Assembly: GCA_020426575.1 (NCBI GenBank)
Contig: JAGQPT010000155.1
Coordinates: 1 to 63,704, forward strand
DNA: 63,704 bases
DNA from: Planctomycetales bacterium
Lineage (GTDB): Bacteria > Planctomycetota > Planctomycetia > Pirellulales > JAEUIK01
Direction of reading: 5' to 3'
A program made the translations under genes and the position numbers. Positions 19,001 through 33,331 of the stretch are shown here, piece after piece. Below the pieces are notes generated by a model. That model was not told where the DNA came from. It made no database searches and saw only the letters and a list, made by a program, of their open reading frames with translations. How positions within the stretch are numbered: position 1 is the first letter of the stretch; every line of letters begins with the position of its first letter.

Positions 19001-19480
19001 GTGAAATTCATGGCTCAGGACAGTTCCTCGGCAGTGGCGCCGTTCGTTCGCGAGATGTTCAGCTTGGGGGTGTACAAGCGGAACCAGGGACGGATTGCGC
19101 GACAGGTGACATTCGCGGCGTTGGCAATTGCCGTCTTGATTGGAAGCTGGCAACTCGGGCAGTTCGTCGCCGGCGAATTCCTCGATCTGGGGGGCAACGC
19201 CCAACCCAGCATGGCGGTGCTTTCCAAGCGTTTGGTCGTGCCGATTGTCAGCGCGTTGCTGGGATGGTGGATTTCGTTTCGGGTGGTCAACGTGCCGGTG
19301 TTTGCCGACTTTTTGATCGCCGTCGAAGCAGAGATGAACAAAGTGTCGTGGCCGACCCGGGCCGAGTTGGTCCGCGGCGTGATCGTGGTCATCGTGGTGA
19401 TGTTCGTGCTCGCAGCGGTGCTGTTCGGTTACGACTTGGTTTGGCGCTGGATCTTGCATCAATTGGGGGTCGTTCCCTAA
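19001..19480 (+). CDS. secE: Preprotein translocase subunit SecE (3-TM long form)
   Basis: The C-terminal part ADFLIAVEAEMNKVSWPTRAELVRGVIVVIVVMFVLAAVLFGYD matches the SecE core. Position is between tRNA-Trp and nusG. The start is GTG 19001 or ATG 19010. Confidence 0.8.
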   Translation: MKFMAQDSSSAVAPFVREMFSLGVYKRNQGRIARQVTFAALAIAVLIGSWQLGQFVAGEFLDLGGNAQPSMAVLSKRLVVPIVSALLGWWISFRVVNVPVFADFLIAVEAEMNKVSWPTRAELVRGVIVVIVVMFVLAAVLFGYDLVWRWILHQLGVVP

Positions 19481-19579
19481 TCGTCGACGACGAGTAAACG
19501 GTGACGAAACGCAGTGTTCGTTAATCGTCGCCGCCACGGCGTGCATGACGTGCCGCCCCGGAAACCAGGTGGAAATTCG

Positions 19580-20527
19580 GTGAGTAGCGACATCAACAAT
19601 CAGGCGGACTCGACAGAACGCCGGGACCTCGATTCCGCCACACCTGCGGACGCGGCCCCCGTTATGTCCAGCCAGCCGACATCCACCGACGACGGGGCAG
19701 CGAACATCGCTCCAGCGTCCGAAGCGGACGACGCCGACACGATCGACGCCGACACGGCCAATACAGCGGCCGAGCGTGCCGGGAACTCGGTAGAAGGCGC
19801 GACGACGGACGACGTTGCGAGCGATACTGACGCGATCCAAGACGAAGTCGCTGATGGCGATGACGACATAGATGAAGATGACGATGCGGACGACGGCGAC
19901 GTCGCGGATGAGGCCGACGACTCGCTGCCGGCCGGCGCCCTCGAGGCGGCACTGGCGGCGTCGACGGCTGAAGAAGTCGAAGAGACCGGCGACACCGAGA
20001 AGCACTGGTACATCCTCAAAGTGCAAAGCAATCGTGAAAACACGATTTGCGACGCACTGCGGCGTCGGGCCAAGATCGCCGACGTCGAACAGTACTTCGG
20101 CGAGATCATCGTGCCGACCGAGATGGTGACCGAATTCAAGGGGGGCAAGAAGCGCGTGGTGAAGCGAAAGCTTTATCCCGGCTACATCATCGTCAACATG
20201 CAAATCACCGACGAATCGTGGTTCCTGGTGCGCGAGACGCCCGGCATCGGCGACTTCACCGGTTCGGCCGGCCGGCCGGTGCCGATGGACGACGCCGAAA
20301 TTGCCCGATTCCTCAACAAGCAGGAAGAAGACACCTCGGAGACGCCAAAGCTGAAAATCGCCTTCAGCATTGGCGACCGCGTGAAGATCAACGACGGCAC
20401 GTTCGAAAACTTCGAGGGCGCCGTCGAGTCGATCGACGAAGCCAACGGGCGCGTTACGGTGATGACCAACATTTTCGGTCGGTCGACGCCGGTCGAACTC
20501 GAATACTGGCAGATCGAGGTCCTTTAG
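19580..20527 (+). CDS. nusG: Transcription termination/antitermination factor NusG with acidic N-terminal extension
   Basis: NGN domain from KHWYILKVQSNRE and KOW motif FSIGDRVKINDGTFENFEGAVESID. Chosen start GTG 19580 is preceded by AGGTGGA. The ORF is open from GTG 19514. Confidence 0.9.
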   Translation: MSSDINNQADSTERRDLDSATPADAAPVMSSQPTSTDDGAANIAPASEADDADTIDADTANTAAERAGNSVEGATTDDVASDTDAIQDEVADGDDDIDEDDDADDGDVADEADDSLPAGALEAALAASTAEEVEETGDTEKHWYILKVQSNRENTICDALRRRAKIADVEQYFGEIIVPTEMVTEFKGGKKRVVKRKLYPGYIIVNMQITDESWFLVRETPGIGDFTGSAGRPVPMDDAEIARFLNKQEEDTSETPKLKIAFSIGDRVKINDGTFENFEGAVESIDEANGRVTVMTNIFGRSTPVELEYWQIEVL

Positions 20528-20624
20528 CGTGCCGGCTGGCAAGCCGGTAATGGCCCGCAAGCGACCCGACAAAGACAATCCCGCGAACACACAAAACACC
20601 GCGAAGTTTGGTTTGGACTAAGCA

Positions 20625-21050
20625 ATGGCAAAACAGCTCACTGGCACGGTCAAGTTTCAGGTTCCTGGCGGTCAGGCGACACCCGCTCCGCCGGTCGGTA
20701 CTTCGTTGGGCCGCTTCGGCATCAACCTGGGACAGTTCGTGCAACAGTTCAACGACCGCACGAAGGAAGCCGGCGGCATGCCGATTCCGGTCGTGGTCAA
20801 CGTCTACAACGATCGCAGTTTCGACTTTGTCACCAAGAGTCCTCCGGCGGCAGCCTTGTTGAAGCAGGCGGCTGCCATCGCCAAGGGCTCGGGGGTGCCG
20901 AACCGCACCAAGGTTGGCACGGTCACCAACGCACAGCTCGAAGAGATCGTGAAGTTGAAGCTGGCCGACCTGAACGCCCGCGACGTGGACCACGCCAAAC
21001 GAATGATCGCTGGCACGGCACGGAGTATGGGCCTGGTCGTGGAGGGCTAG
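20625..21050 (+). CDS. rplK: 50S ribosomal protein L11
   Basis: [29 protein letters not shown]...; 141 aa; follows nusG. Confidence 0.95.
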   Translation: MAKQLTGTVKFQVPGGQATPAPPVGTSLGRFGINLGQFVQQFNDRTKEAGGMPIPVVVNVYNDRSFDFVTKSPPAAALLKQAAAIAKGSGVPNRTKVGTVTNAQLEEIVKLKLADLNARDVDHAKRMIAGTARSMGLVVEG

Positions 21051-21234
21051 TCCCGCCGAGGGCGAATCGGCAAACGCCGGCACCGCGGTAGCGCACAAGA
21101 CCTTTCGCGGCAGCGGCGAGCAAACAACACAACGGACAGACAAATCCCAGGCAGCCAATCCCCAATCCCAGACCGTCAATCATGAGTTCGTTGGGCGCGG
21201 TCGAGTGGCGACCCGCCACGAACACGATACGCAT

Positions 21235-21266
21235 AACCGAGTGACGCAAAAACCGAGTGACGCAAA
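21235..21266. repeat. Perfect 16-nt tandem duplication immediately upstream of the rplA start
   Basis: AACCGAGTGACGCAAA (21235-21250) is repeated exactly at 21251-21266, followed by AATG. Confidence 0.95.
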
Positions 21267-21267
21267 A

Positions 21268-21951
21268 ATGGTCAAGCAACCCAAACGTATGGCGAAAATG
21301 ACGGCGAAGCTGGGCGACGGTACTCCGCAGCCGCTCGAACAGGCCGTCGAGACACTTAAGTCGTTCAACACGACGAAATTCGACCAGTCGGTGGAAGTCG
21401 CAATGCGGCTGGGCGTCGACGACAAGCAGGCCGATCAGATCGTGCGTGGTTCGGTCGTGTTGCCGCACGGCCTGGGAAAATCGCTGCGCGTGGTCGTGTT
21501 CGCCAAGGACGACCTGGCCAAGGCCGCCACGGCCGCCGGCGCCGACGAAGTGGGCGCCGAGAACCTGGCGGAAAAGATCAAAGGGGGTTGGACCGATTTC
21601 GACGTCTGCATCGCCGCGCCGAACATGATGGGCCTGGTCGGCCCTCTGGGCCGTGTGCTGGGCCCTCGCGGGTTGATGCCGTCGCCCCGCGCCGGCACCG
21701 TCACGCCCGAAATCGCAAAGACCGTCAAGGAATACAAGGCTGGTAAAGTCGAGTTCCGCAACGACAAGGGTGGCAACGTCCACGCCGTCGTCGGCAAGCT
21801 GAGCTTCTCGAGCGAACAGTTGGTCGACAACATCCGCGCGTTCGTCGACCACATCCACCACATCAAGCCCGCCGCCATCAAAGGGCAGTACGTGCGGGGA
21901 CTGACGATCAGCGCCACGATGAGCCCCGGCGTCAGGGTCGTGACCAGTTGA
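21268..21951 (+). CDS. rplA: 50S ribosomal protein L1
   Basis: [33 protein letters not shown] aligns with the E. coli L1 N-terminus MAKLTKRMRVIREKV. The listed ORF begins at 21205. Confidence 0.93.
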   Translation: MVKQPKRMAKMTAKLGDGTPQPLEQAVETLKSFNTTKFDQSVEVAMRLGVDDKQADQIVRGSVVLPHGLGKSLRVVVFAKDDLAKAATAAGADEVGAENLAEKIKGGWTDFDVCIAAPNMMGLVGPLGRVLGPRGLMPSPRAGTVTPEIAKTVKEYKAGKVEFRNDKGGNVHAVVGKLSFSSEQLVDNIRAFVDHIHHIKPAAIKGQYVRGLTISATMSPGVRVVTS

Positions 21952-22064
21952 AACGAGCCGCCGGTCGCGACCGGCCGAGACGAGAGAAACAGAAAAGCAG
22001 ACCCGGACCCGCCGTACCAAACACTCCCGCGATCACGTAACACCCGCATACGATTGCCGAACCG

Positions 22065-22625
22065 ATGAGTAAATACGTCAAGAACCTGCTCCGCGATGAA
22101 TTCAGCCGCCGCCTCGACGGAGTTGGCGAAGCGCTGTTGGTCGACATCAGCCGGCTGGACGCCAACACGAACAACCGTCTGCGGCACCGCCTTCGCGAGA
22201 AGGACATATCGCTGATGGTGATCCGCAACAGCCTGGCGCGTCGTGCCACCGAAGGAACGTCGCTGGCCGCCGCGTTTGCCGAGCTATCGGGCCCGACGGC
22301 GATGGTCTGGGGGGGCACGGACATCGTCGCGTTGGCGAAAGAAATCACGGCGATCATCAAGGAAAAAGAGTACCAGAATTTCGAGGCGCGGGGCGGCGTG
22401 CTCGACGGTGAACCGCTCACGTCCGACGACGTGACAAAGATCAGCAAGTGGCCCAGCCGCGAGGAGCAACTGGGCATTCTGCTCGCACAGATCAATTCGC
22501 CGGGGGCCAAGCTCTCGGCACAACTGACGTCGGTCGGTGCCATGCTGGCCAGTCAGGTGAAAAAGATCGCCGACAAGGAAGGTGGCGACGGTGAAGACGG
22601 CGACGGTGGCGACACGGACGGCTGA
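22065..22625 (+). CDS. rplJ: 50S ribosomal protein L10
   Basis: 186 aa, located between rplA and rplL. L10-like [27 protein letters not shown]... Confidence 0.9.
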   Translation: MSKYVKNLLRDEFSRRLDGVGEALLVDISRLDANTNNRLRHRLREKDISLMVIRNSLARRATEGTSLAAAFAELSGPTAMVWGGTDIVALAKEITAIIKEKEYQNFEARGGVLDGEPLTSDDVTKISKWPSREEQLGILLAQINSPGAKLSAQLTSVGAMLASQVKKIADKEGGDGEDGDGGDTDG

Positions 22626-22733
22626 TGCGGACCGGGTGAGCCGCGCCCGATCGACCAAGCAAAACCCCTCCCAACAACAGAGCAAACTGGTTGCAGGCCC
22701 CCATTGAGGGCGAGAAAGGACGAGAAACGAGAA

Positions 22734-23150
22734 ATGTCGACAGATACAGCGACCCGTGAGTTTTCGGACGTGACGAAGGATTTGGGTGACAAGATCGTCG
22801 CGCTGACGCTCAAAGAAGCGAAAGAGTTGAGTGACTATCTTGAGGAAGTGCACGGCATCGAGCCGGCCGCCGGCGGCGGGCCAGTGATGATTGCGCCGTC
22901 GGGCGACGGTGGCGGCGGTGCCGCGGCGGCCGAAGAGAAAACCGAGTTCGACGTCGTCCTCGAGTCGTTCGGCGACAAGAAGATCGGCGTGATCAAGGTT
23001 GTCCGTGGTGCGACCGGTCTGGGCCTGAAAGAGGCCAAGGACATGGTCGAAGGTGCGCCGGCCAAGGTCAAAGAAGGCATTTCCAAGGAAGACGCCGAGA
23101 AGCTCAAGGCCGAACTCGAAGAAGCCGGCGCCACCGTTTCGGTGAAATAA
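22734..23150 (+). CDS. rplL: 50S ribosomal protein L7/L12
   Basis: [56 protein letters not shown]. Start ATG 22734 ([10 protein letters not shown]). The listed ORF begins at 22704. Confidence 0.95.
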   Translation: MSTDTATREFSDVTKDLGDKIVALTLKEAKELSDYLEEVHGIEPAAGGGPVMIAPSGDGGGGAAAAEEKTEFDVVLESFGDKKIGVIKVVRGATGLGLKEAKDMVEGAPAKVKEGISKEDAEKLKAELEEAGATVSVK

Positions 23151-23569
23151 GCTCGGTGGAAACCGTCGATGTCCGCGGCGGTCGGTTTGCTCTGGTCCAG
23201 TCCGTCAGCGCTGCGTCACCGCCCGGTGGCGATAGCGCTTGCGGCCCGCTGGAACGGACGCGCGCCTGGTTTTCGCGGCTAAAATCGGGCGTTTCCTGAG
23301 GTTCCTGGAACGAATCAGAAGTAGGTGATACGTTGATGGCGGGAATACGGCCCTCTGGTCGCACGTTCGCCAGGCGTCGCCTGCTCAGCTTAGCCCACGG
23401 CTTTGGACAGTATTAGCTCGATCGATCCTGCCCCCATGAGTTTCCTCCCCACATGGGTCGCCCTGGCGGCCTCGCGGCGTGGCCGGTTTGCTGCTGCGCC
23501 GTTTGTGTGGCGTCGGGGCTGACTCGTGTCGGTGCGAACGAGATATCTCACGAGAGGAGAGAATCGCTG

Positions 23570-26500
23570 ATGGCAACTCCCGCAAAGCGCCGTCTCGACC
23601 CCACCGGAATCCGCCGCTTCGGTAGTGGACGCGACACCGAGGCGATCCCCGATCTGACCATGATTCAGACCAAGGGGTACTGCGACTTCCTGCAGGCCTT
23701 CACCGACCCGGACAAGCGCAAAGATCAGGGGATCGAAGGTGTGCTGCGGGAGATTTTCCCGATCGAGAGCTACGATAAGAGTCTGCAGCTCGAGTACGTG
23801 CGCTATGAACTGGGCAAGCCGCGCTATCAACCCGACGAGTGTCGCCAGCTGCGCCTCACCTACGGCCGACCGTTCCGTGTCTGGCTGCGGTTGACCAAGG
23901 ACGAACCGGTCGAGGAAGAGGTTTACCTCGGTGACATGCCGATCATGCTCGGCGGCGGTGAGTTCATCATCAACGGTGCCGAGCGCGTCGTCGTCAGCCA
24001 GTTGCACCGCAGCCCGGGTGTCGATTTCGTCGCGGAGATCGAAGGTGATCGCCGTCTGCACAGTTGCCGGATCATCCCCGAGCGCGGCAGTTGGATCGAA
24101 CTGAACGTGACGAAAAAGGACAACCTCAGCGTCCGCATCGACCAGAGCGGCAAGTTCTCGGCGATGACGCTGTTGAGGGCGATGGATCCGAAGTACGGCA
24201 CCGACAAGGCGCTGCTGAAAACGTTTTTCCCCGCGACGAAGGAGAAGATCGTCGACGGTCGCAGCGCCTCGAAGATCGAAGGTAAGGTGTCGGTCGATGA
24301 CATCGTCTATCCTTCGACGAGCGAACGCGCCGGCGAGATCATCATTGAGGCGGGACACCGGATCACGAAAAACGTGGCCGAAGTGATCTGCACTTCGGGC
24401 GTCAAGAGCGTCGAGGTGGCCGAGGACATCCGCGATCCGTTGATCCTCAACAGCCTTGCCGACGACGCCACGAGCAGCCACGAAGAAGCATTGTTGAAGA
24501 TTTACCAGCGTCTGCGTCCGGGCAATCCGCCGCAGCTAGAGAAGGCCCGTACGCTGTTTGCCGAAAAGTTCTACGACACGAACCGATATCGGCTCGGCCG
24601 CGTGGGGCGTTTCCGCATCAATCGCAAGCTCAAGCTCAACATCCCCGAGACGCAAATGACGCTGCGTCCGGAAGACCTGGTCAACGCGATCCAGTATCTG
24701 CTCGACCTGCGATCGGATACGGGCGAGGCCTACATCGACGACATCGACCACCTCGGCAATCGCCGATTGCGTACGATCGACGAATTGGCGTGCGAAGAAC
24801 TTCGCAAGGGCTTTCTCAAGCTGCGTCGCACCGTGCAGGAACGGATGAGCCTGAAAGACGTGGCCGACATGACCCCGCGCAGCCTGGTCAATCCGAAGAG
24901 CATTTCGGCGGCGATCGAGTATTTCTTCGGCCGCGGCGAACTTTCGCAGGTGGTCGACCAGACCAACCCGCTGGCGATGCTCACACACGAACGTCGGCTC
25001 TCGGCGCTCGGTCCGGGCGGTTTGAACCGTAAACGGGCCGGCTTCGAAGTCCGCGACGTGCACATTTCGCACTATGGCCGGATTTGCCCGATCGAGACCC
25101 CGGAAGGTACGAACATCGGCTTGATTTCGAGCCTTGGTATCTATGCGTCGGTCGACGAATACGGCTTCCTCGTCACGCCGTACCGCAAGATTTCCAAGGG
25201 AAAGCTCACCGAGGAGGTGGTCTGGCTGCGTGCGGACGAGGAGAGCGAAGCCTTTGTGGCCCCGGCCGACGCGGCGGTGAAGGACGGCAAGATCGACGGC
25301 GAAAACATCATCGCTCGATACCGCGCCGACTTTTCGCTCGTGCCGGTCGATCGCATCCAGTACATGGACGTGGCCCCGGCCCAGATGGTGGGGGTCTCCG
25401 CCGGTTTGATTCCGTTCCTCGAACACGACGACGCCAACCGCGCGTTGATGGGTTCAAACATGCAGCGACAAGCCGTGCCGCTGCTCGTGGCTGAGCCGCC
25501 CATCGTGGCGACCGGCATGGAGCGTGACGTGGCGACGCACTCGGGCATGTTGATCCGCGCCCCAAAGCGCGGCACGGTGACCTATGCTGACGCCAACCGC
25601 ATCGAAATCGGCGACGACCACTTCGAATTGCGAAAGTTTGTCGGCCTCAACGAGCGGACCTGCCAGAACCAGAAGCCGCTCGTGACGGTCGGCGACAAGG
25701 TCGAGAAAGGCCAGGTGATTGCCGACGGTGCCGCGACGCACAAAGGCGAGCTGGCGCTGGGTCGCAACGTGCTCGTCGGCTTCATGTCGTGGGACGGCTA
25801 TAACTTCGAAGACGCCATCATCATCAGCGAAGAGCTGGTCAAGAGCGACACGTACACGTCGATCCACATCGAAGAGTTCGACGTGGAAATCCGCGAGACG
25901 AAGCTGGGCCGTGAAGAATTTACCCGGGACATTCCCAACGTCAGCGAGAAGGCACTGCGGAACCTCGACGACACGGGCATCGTGCAGGTGGGCACGTACG
26001 TGCGCCCCGGCGACGTGCTCGTCGGCAAGGTTTCGCCGAAGTCGAAGACCGAACTGACGCCGGAAGAAAAGCTGTTGCACGCGATTTTCGGCCGCGCCGG
26101 CGAAGACGTGAAGAACGACTCGCTGGAGGTTCCCTCGGGTATCGAGGGGATCGTGATCAACACGCAAAAGTTCGCCCGCCGCTTGAGTCTCTCCGAAGAA
26201 GAGCGCAAGGTCTTCGAGAAGGACCTCAAAGACGTGGAGACGACCGGCAACGACAAGATCGCCGAGGCCTTCGGGGTCCTGGTCCGGGAAGTCGAGTCGA
26301 TTCTGCAGCGGCCTTTGACCGACGAAGACGGCAACCCGTTGGTCGGTTCGGGGGACAACAAGTTCATTTCTGAGCAGGCCCAGCGTTTCCGCGTCGACCA
26401 CCTGGACATCCGCAGCGCTAGTCGCAAGACGGCGGCTGAAGAGGCGTACGCCCGGCTTTGGCCCGCAGTCGAAGCGGCCATTGACGAGCGCGACGGCACG

Positions 26501-27277
26501 CTCAACTCGATGAAGCGGGGCGACGAACTCCGCAGCGGCGTGCTCCAGATGGTGAAGGTCTACATCGCCACGAAGCGCGTGATCTCGGTCGGCGACAAGA
26601 TGGCGGGGCGCCACGGCAACAAGGGTGTGATTTCGAAGATTTTGCCGGTCGAAGACATGCCGTTCCTCGAGGACGGCACGCCGATCCAGATCATGCTCAA
26701 TCCGCTCGGGGTGCCCAGCCGTATGAACGTCGGTCAGATTCTGGAGACTCACCTGGGGTGGGCCGGTGCAAAACTCGGCTTCCAGGCAATCACGCCGGTG
26801 TTCGACGGTGCCTCGGAAGAAGATACCCAGGCGTGTCTGGAAGAGGCGGGGCTGCCAGGCCACGGCAAGGCCCGACTCCGCGACGGACGCACCGGCGAGT
26901 TGATGGAGCAGGAGACGACGGTCGGCTACATCTACATGCTCAAGCTGCACCACCTGGTCGACGACAAGGTCCACGCCCGCTCGACGGGACCGTACTCGCT
27001 GATCACGCAACAACCGCTTGGCGGCAAGGCGCGGTTCGGTGGCCAGCGGTTCGGGGAAATGGAAGTGTGGGCGCTGGAAGCATACGGGGCGGCATACATC
27101 CTCCAGGAGTTGCTCACCGTCAAGAGCGACGACGTGGAAGGACGCACGAAGATCTACGAAGCGATGGTGAAGGGCGAAAACACGCTCGAAGCCGGCACGC
27201 CCGCCAGCTTCGACGTTTTGACCAACGAAATCCGAGGTTTGGGATTGAACATGCAGCTTGAAAAACGGCACGTGTAA
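23570..27277 (+). CDS. rpoB: DNA-directed RNA polymerase subunit beta
   Basis: Conserved blocks [69 protein letters not shown] 23570 is preceded by GAGAGGAGAG. The listed ORF starts at 23453. Confidence 0.97.
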   Translation: MATPAKRRLDPTGIRRFGSGRDTEAIPDLTMIQTKGYCDFLQAFTDPDKRKDQGIEGVLREIFPIESYDKSLQLEYVRYELGKPRYQPDECRQLRLTYGRPFRVWLRLTKDEPVEEEVYLGDMPIMLGGGEFIINGAERVVVSQLHRSPGVDFVAEIEGDRRLHSCRIIPERGSWIELNVTKKDNLSVRIDQSGKFSAMTLLRAMDPKYGTDKALLKTFFPATKEKIVDGRSASKIEGKVSVDDIVYPSTSERAGEIIIEAGHRITKNVAEVICTSGVKSVEVAEDIRDPLILNSLADDATSSHEEALLKIYQRLRPGNPPQLEKARTLFAEKFYDTNRYRLGRVGRFRINRKLKLNIPETQMTLRPEDLVNAIQYLLDLRSDTGEAYIDDIDHLGNRRLRTIDELACEELRKGFLKLRRTVQERMSLKDVADMTPRSLVNPKSISAAIEYFFGRGELSQVVDQTNPLAMLTHERRLSALGPGGLNRKRAGFEVRDVHISHYGRICPIETPEGTNIGLISSLGIYASVDEYGFLVTPYRKISKGKLTEEVVWLRADEESEAFVAPADAAVKDGKIDGENIIARYRADFSLVPVDRIQYMDVAPAQMVGVSAGLIPFLEHDDANRALMGSNMQRQAVPLLVAEPPIVATGMERDVATHSGMLIRAPKRGTVTYADANRIEIGDDHFELRKFVGLNERTCQNQKPLVTVGDKVEKGQVIADGAATHKGELALGRNVLVGFMSWDGYNFEDAIIISEELVKSDTYTSIHIEEFDVEIRETKLGREEFTRDIPNVSEKALRNLDDTGIVQVGTYVRPGDVLVGKVSPKSKTELTPEEKLLHAIFGRAGEDVKNDSLEVPSGIEGIVINTQKFARRLSLSEEERKVFEKDLKDVETTGNDKIAEAFGVLVREVESILQRPLTDEDGNPLVGSGDNKFISEQAQRFRVDHLDIRSASRKTAAEEAYARLWPAVEAAIDERDGTLNSMKRGDELRSGVLQMVKVYIATKRVISVGDKMAGRHGNKGVISKILPVEDMPFLEDGTPIQIMLNPLGVPSRMNVGQILETHLGWAGAKLGFQAITPVFDGASEEDTQACLEEAGLPGHGKARLRDGRTGELMEQETTVGYIYMLKLHHLVDDKVHARSTGPYSLITQQPLGGKARFGGQRFGEMEVWALEAYGAAYILQELLTVKSDDVEGRTKIYEAMVKGENTLEAGTPASFDVLTNEIRGLGLNMQLEKRHV

Positions 27278-27387
27278 CGCGCGATTCGGTTGACGACGTT
27301 CGCGCCGCCGGTTCGGCCCCGCCGGCTCGCGAACCCACACCACCAGGCATCACCCCCCAGATGCGATTCCCGCAAAGGAGCGAAACA

Positions 27388-31767
<4,380 letters not shown>

Positions 31768-31937
31768 GACGGGGGCTTCAGTCGACCGGCGTCGCTGGGG
31801 TCTCGGGGCGTGGCGCTATCGAGTGGCGATATCATGTGATGGACGACTCGACGGTGCCCATTCGCGGGTTGCCGACAGCGATTGATTGCCGACAGCAGCC
31901 GCCATTGCGGAAATTCAGTTCGCCGGGTGGCCCGTGC

Positions 31938-31965
31938 TTGACAGGGAGCAGGGTTCGGGTACGCT
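31938..31965 (+). promoter_or_regulatory. Candidate promoter of the rpsL-rpsG-fusA (str) unit
   Basis: TTGACA (31938-31943), 16-nt spacer, TACGCT (31960-31965), about 300 nt upstream of rpsL. Confidence 0.35.
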
Positions 31966-32262
31966 GAACCGCTTCGCATCGCCACAGGACCGGGCGCATT
32001 ACAAACACTGGGCCGCCGTGAACACTGGGCCGCGGAGCGACGGCGACTGGACGGCCCAGCCTGCGGGAGCTCAACGCGGCGACGCGACCGATGCCTGGCG
32101 AATGCGCAGTCGTAGGACCAAGTGCTCTGGCAGGATGAAGTACAAGCACGACGACGTACAATCACGAGGAAGTGAAGACGCGTTGTCCACGAGGCCGAGC
32201 GCAACGAACGCAGCCCACGATCGAACATAGCCCACGTGAGAAAATAAGTAAGTAAGGACGTC

Positions 32263-32631
32263 ATGCCGACGATCAACCAACTGGTTCGCCGCAAGCGGCG
32301 CAAGCCACGCAAATTCAGCAAGTCCCCGGTGTTGGACCAGTGCCCGCAGCGCCGCGGCGTCTGTCTGCAAGTGAAGACGATGACGCCGAAGAAGCCGAAC
32401 TCGGCGCTGCGAAAGATCGCCAGAGTGCGGCTTTCCAACGGTAAGGAAGTGACGGTTTACATCCCGGGCGAAGGGCACAGCCTGCAGGAACACTCGATCG
32501 TGCTGGTGCGCGGTGGCCGGGTGCGTGACCTGCCGGGCGTGCGTTATCACGTGGCCCGCGGTACGCTCGACGCCCTGGGGGTCGAAGGGCGGAAGCAGTC
32601 GCGGAGCAAGTACGGCGCCAAGAAGTCATAG
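32263..32631 (+). CDS. rpsL: 30S ribosomal protein S12
   Basis: [14 protein letters not shown]...[34 protein letters not shown]. Confidence 0.97.
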   Translation: MPTINQLVRRKRRKPRKFSKSPVLDQCPQRRGVCLQVKTMTPKKPNSALRKIARVRLSNGKEVTVYIPGEGHSLQEHSIVLVRGGRVRDLPGVRYHVARGTLDALGVEGRKQSRSKYGAKKS

Positions 32632-32707
32632 CACGGCGTCGGAAGGTCGGGGCCGACATTAATCAACCAAACACAACCGATAACTATCAGCAAGGGCGAG
32701 ATTCACG

Positions 32708-33178
32708 ATGGGTCGGATGACCTCGAGCCGCAGCCAATTGGCCCCGGATCCAAAACACGGATCGCTATTGGCGTCCAAGTTCGTCAATTGCCTGATGTGG
32801 GACGGCAAGAAGAGCACGGCCCTGCGCGTGTTCTACGACGCTCTGGAACTGATCCGTACGCGCGTCAACGATGTCGAGCCGATCGACGTCTTCACCACGG
32901 CCGTGGAAAACGTCAAACCCGACATCGAAGTGCGTTCTAAGCGCGTTGGCGGTGCGGCGTATCAGGTGCCGATGCAGGTGAGCCGCAGCCGGCAACAATC
33001 GCTGGCGATTCGCTGGCTGCTGATCGCCGTGCGAGAAAAGAAGGGGCGGCCGATGCACGAGAAGCTCGCCGACGAGTTGATTGCCGCGTACAACCGAGAA
33101 GGGGCGGCGATGGCCCGGCGCGAGAACGTGCACCGCATGGCCGATGCGAACAAGGCGTTTGCCCACTTCGCCTGGTAA
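32708..33178 (+). CDS. rpsG: 30S ribosomal protein S7
   Basis: [21 protein letters not shown]...[11 protein letters not shown]...[10 protein letters not shown]. Confidence 0.95.
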   Translation: MGRMTSSRSQLAPDPKHGSLLASKFVNCLMWDGKKSTALRVFYDALELIRTRVNDVEPIDVFTTAVENVKPDIEVRSKRVGGAAYQVPMQVSRSRQQSLAIRWLLIAVREKKGRPMHEKLADELIAAYNREGAAMARRENVHRMADANKAFAHFAW

Positions 33179-33196
33179 CAGAACGATTGTCAGCCT

Positions 33197-33228
33197 GAAC
33201 GCCGCCGCCCAAATTCACGGCGGCGTTC
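33197..33228 (+). promoter_or_regulatory. 11-bp GC-rich hairpin between rpsG and fusA (attenuator/processing candidate)
   Basis: GAACGCCGCCG-CCCAAATTCA-CGGCGGCGTTC followed by TGCTTGC. Confidence 0.35.
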
Positions 33229-33331
33229 TGCTTGCGCCCCCTGCCCGTTGGAACGCCGTCGTCGGCGCGAGTCGGGGGCAGTGCCATTTTCGCGTCTTTC
33301 TGGTCCGGCGCGCTCGGTTGCCGGTATCGAC

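Noticed and set aside
18740-20599. 619-aa minus-strand ORF covering tRNA-Trp, secE and nusG.
   Set aside because: It overlaps a tRNA and two conserved genes on the other strand. It is a compositional artefact.
21205-21267. Longer rplA start (GTG 21205) that would place the 16-nt duplication inside coding sequence.
   Set aside because: The L1 N-terminus aligns from [10 protein letters not shown] (ATG 21268). The upstream 21 codons have no counterpart in L1, and the 16-nt unit is not a multiple of three.
31886-32230. 114-aa ORF in the rpoC-rpsL spacer.
   Set aside because: It has no motif. It starts inside a promoter-like region and runs through the presumed rpsL leader. The composition is not protein-like.
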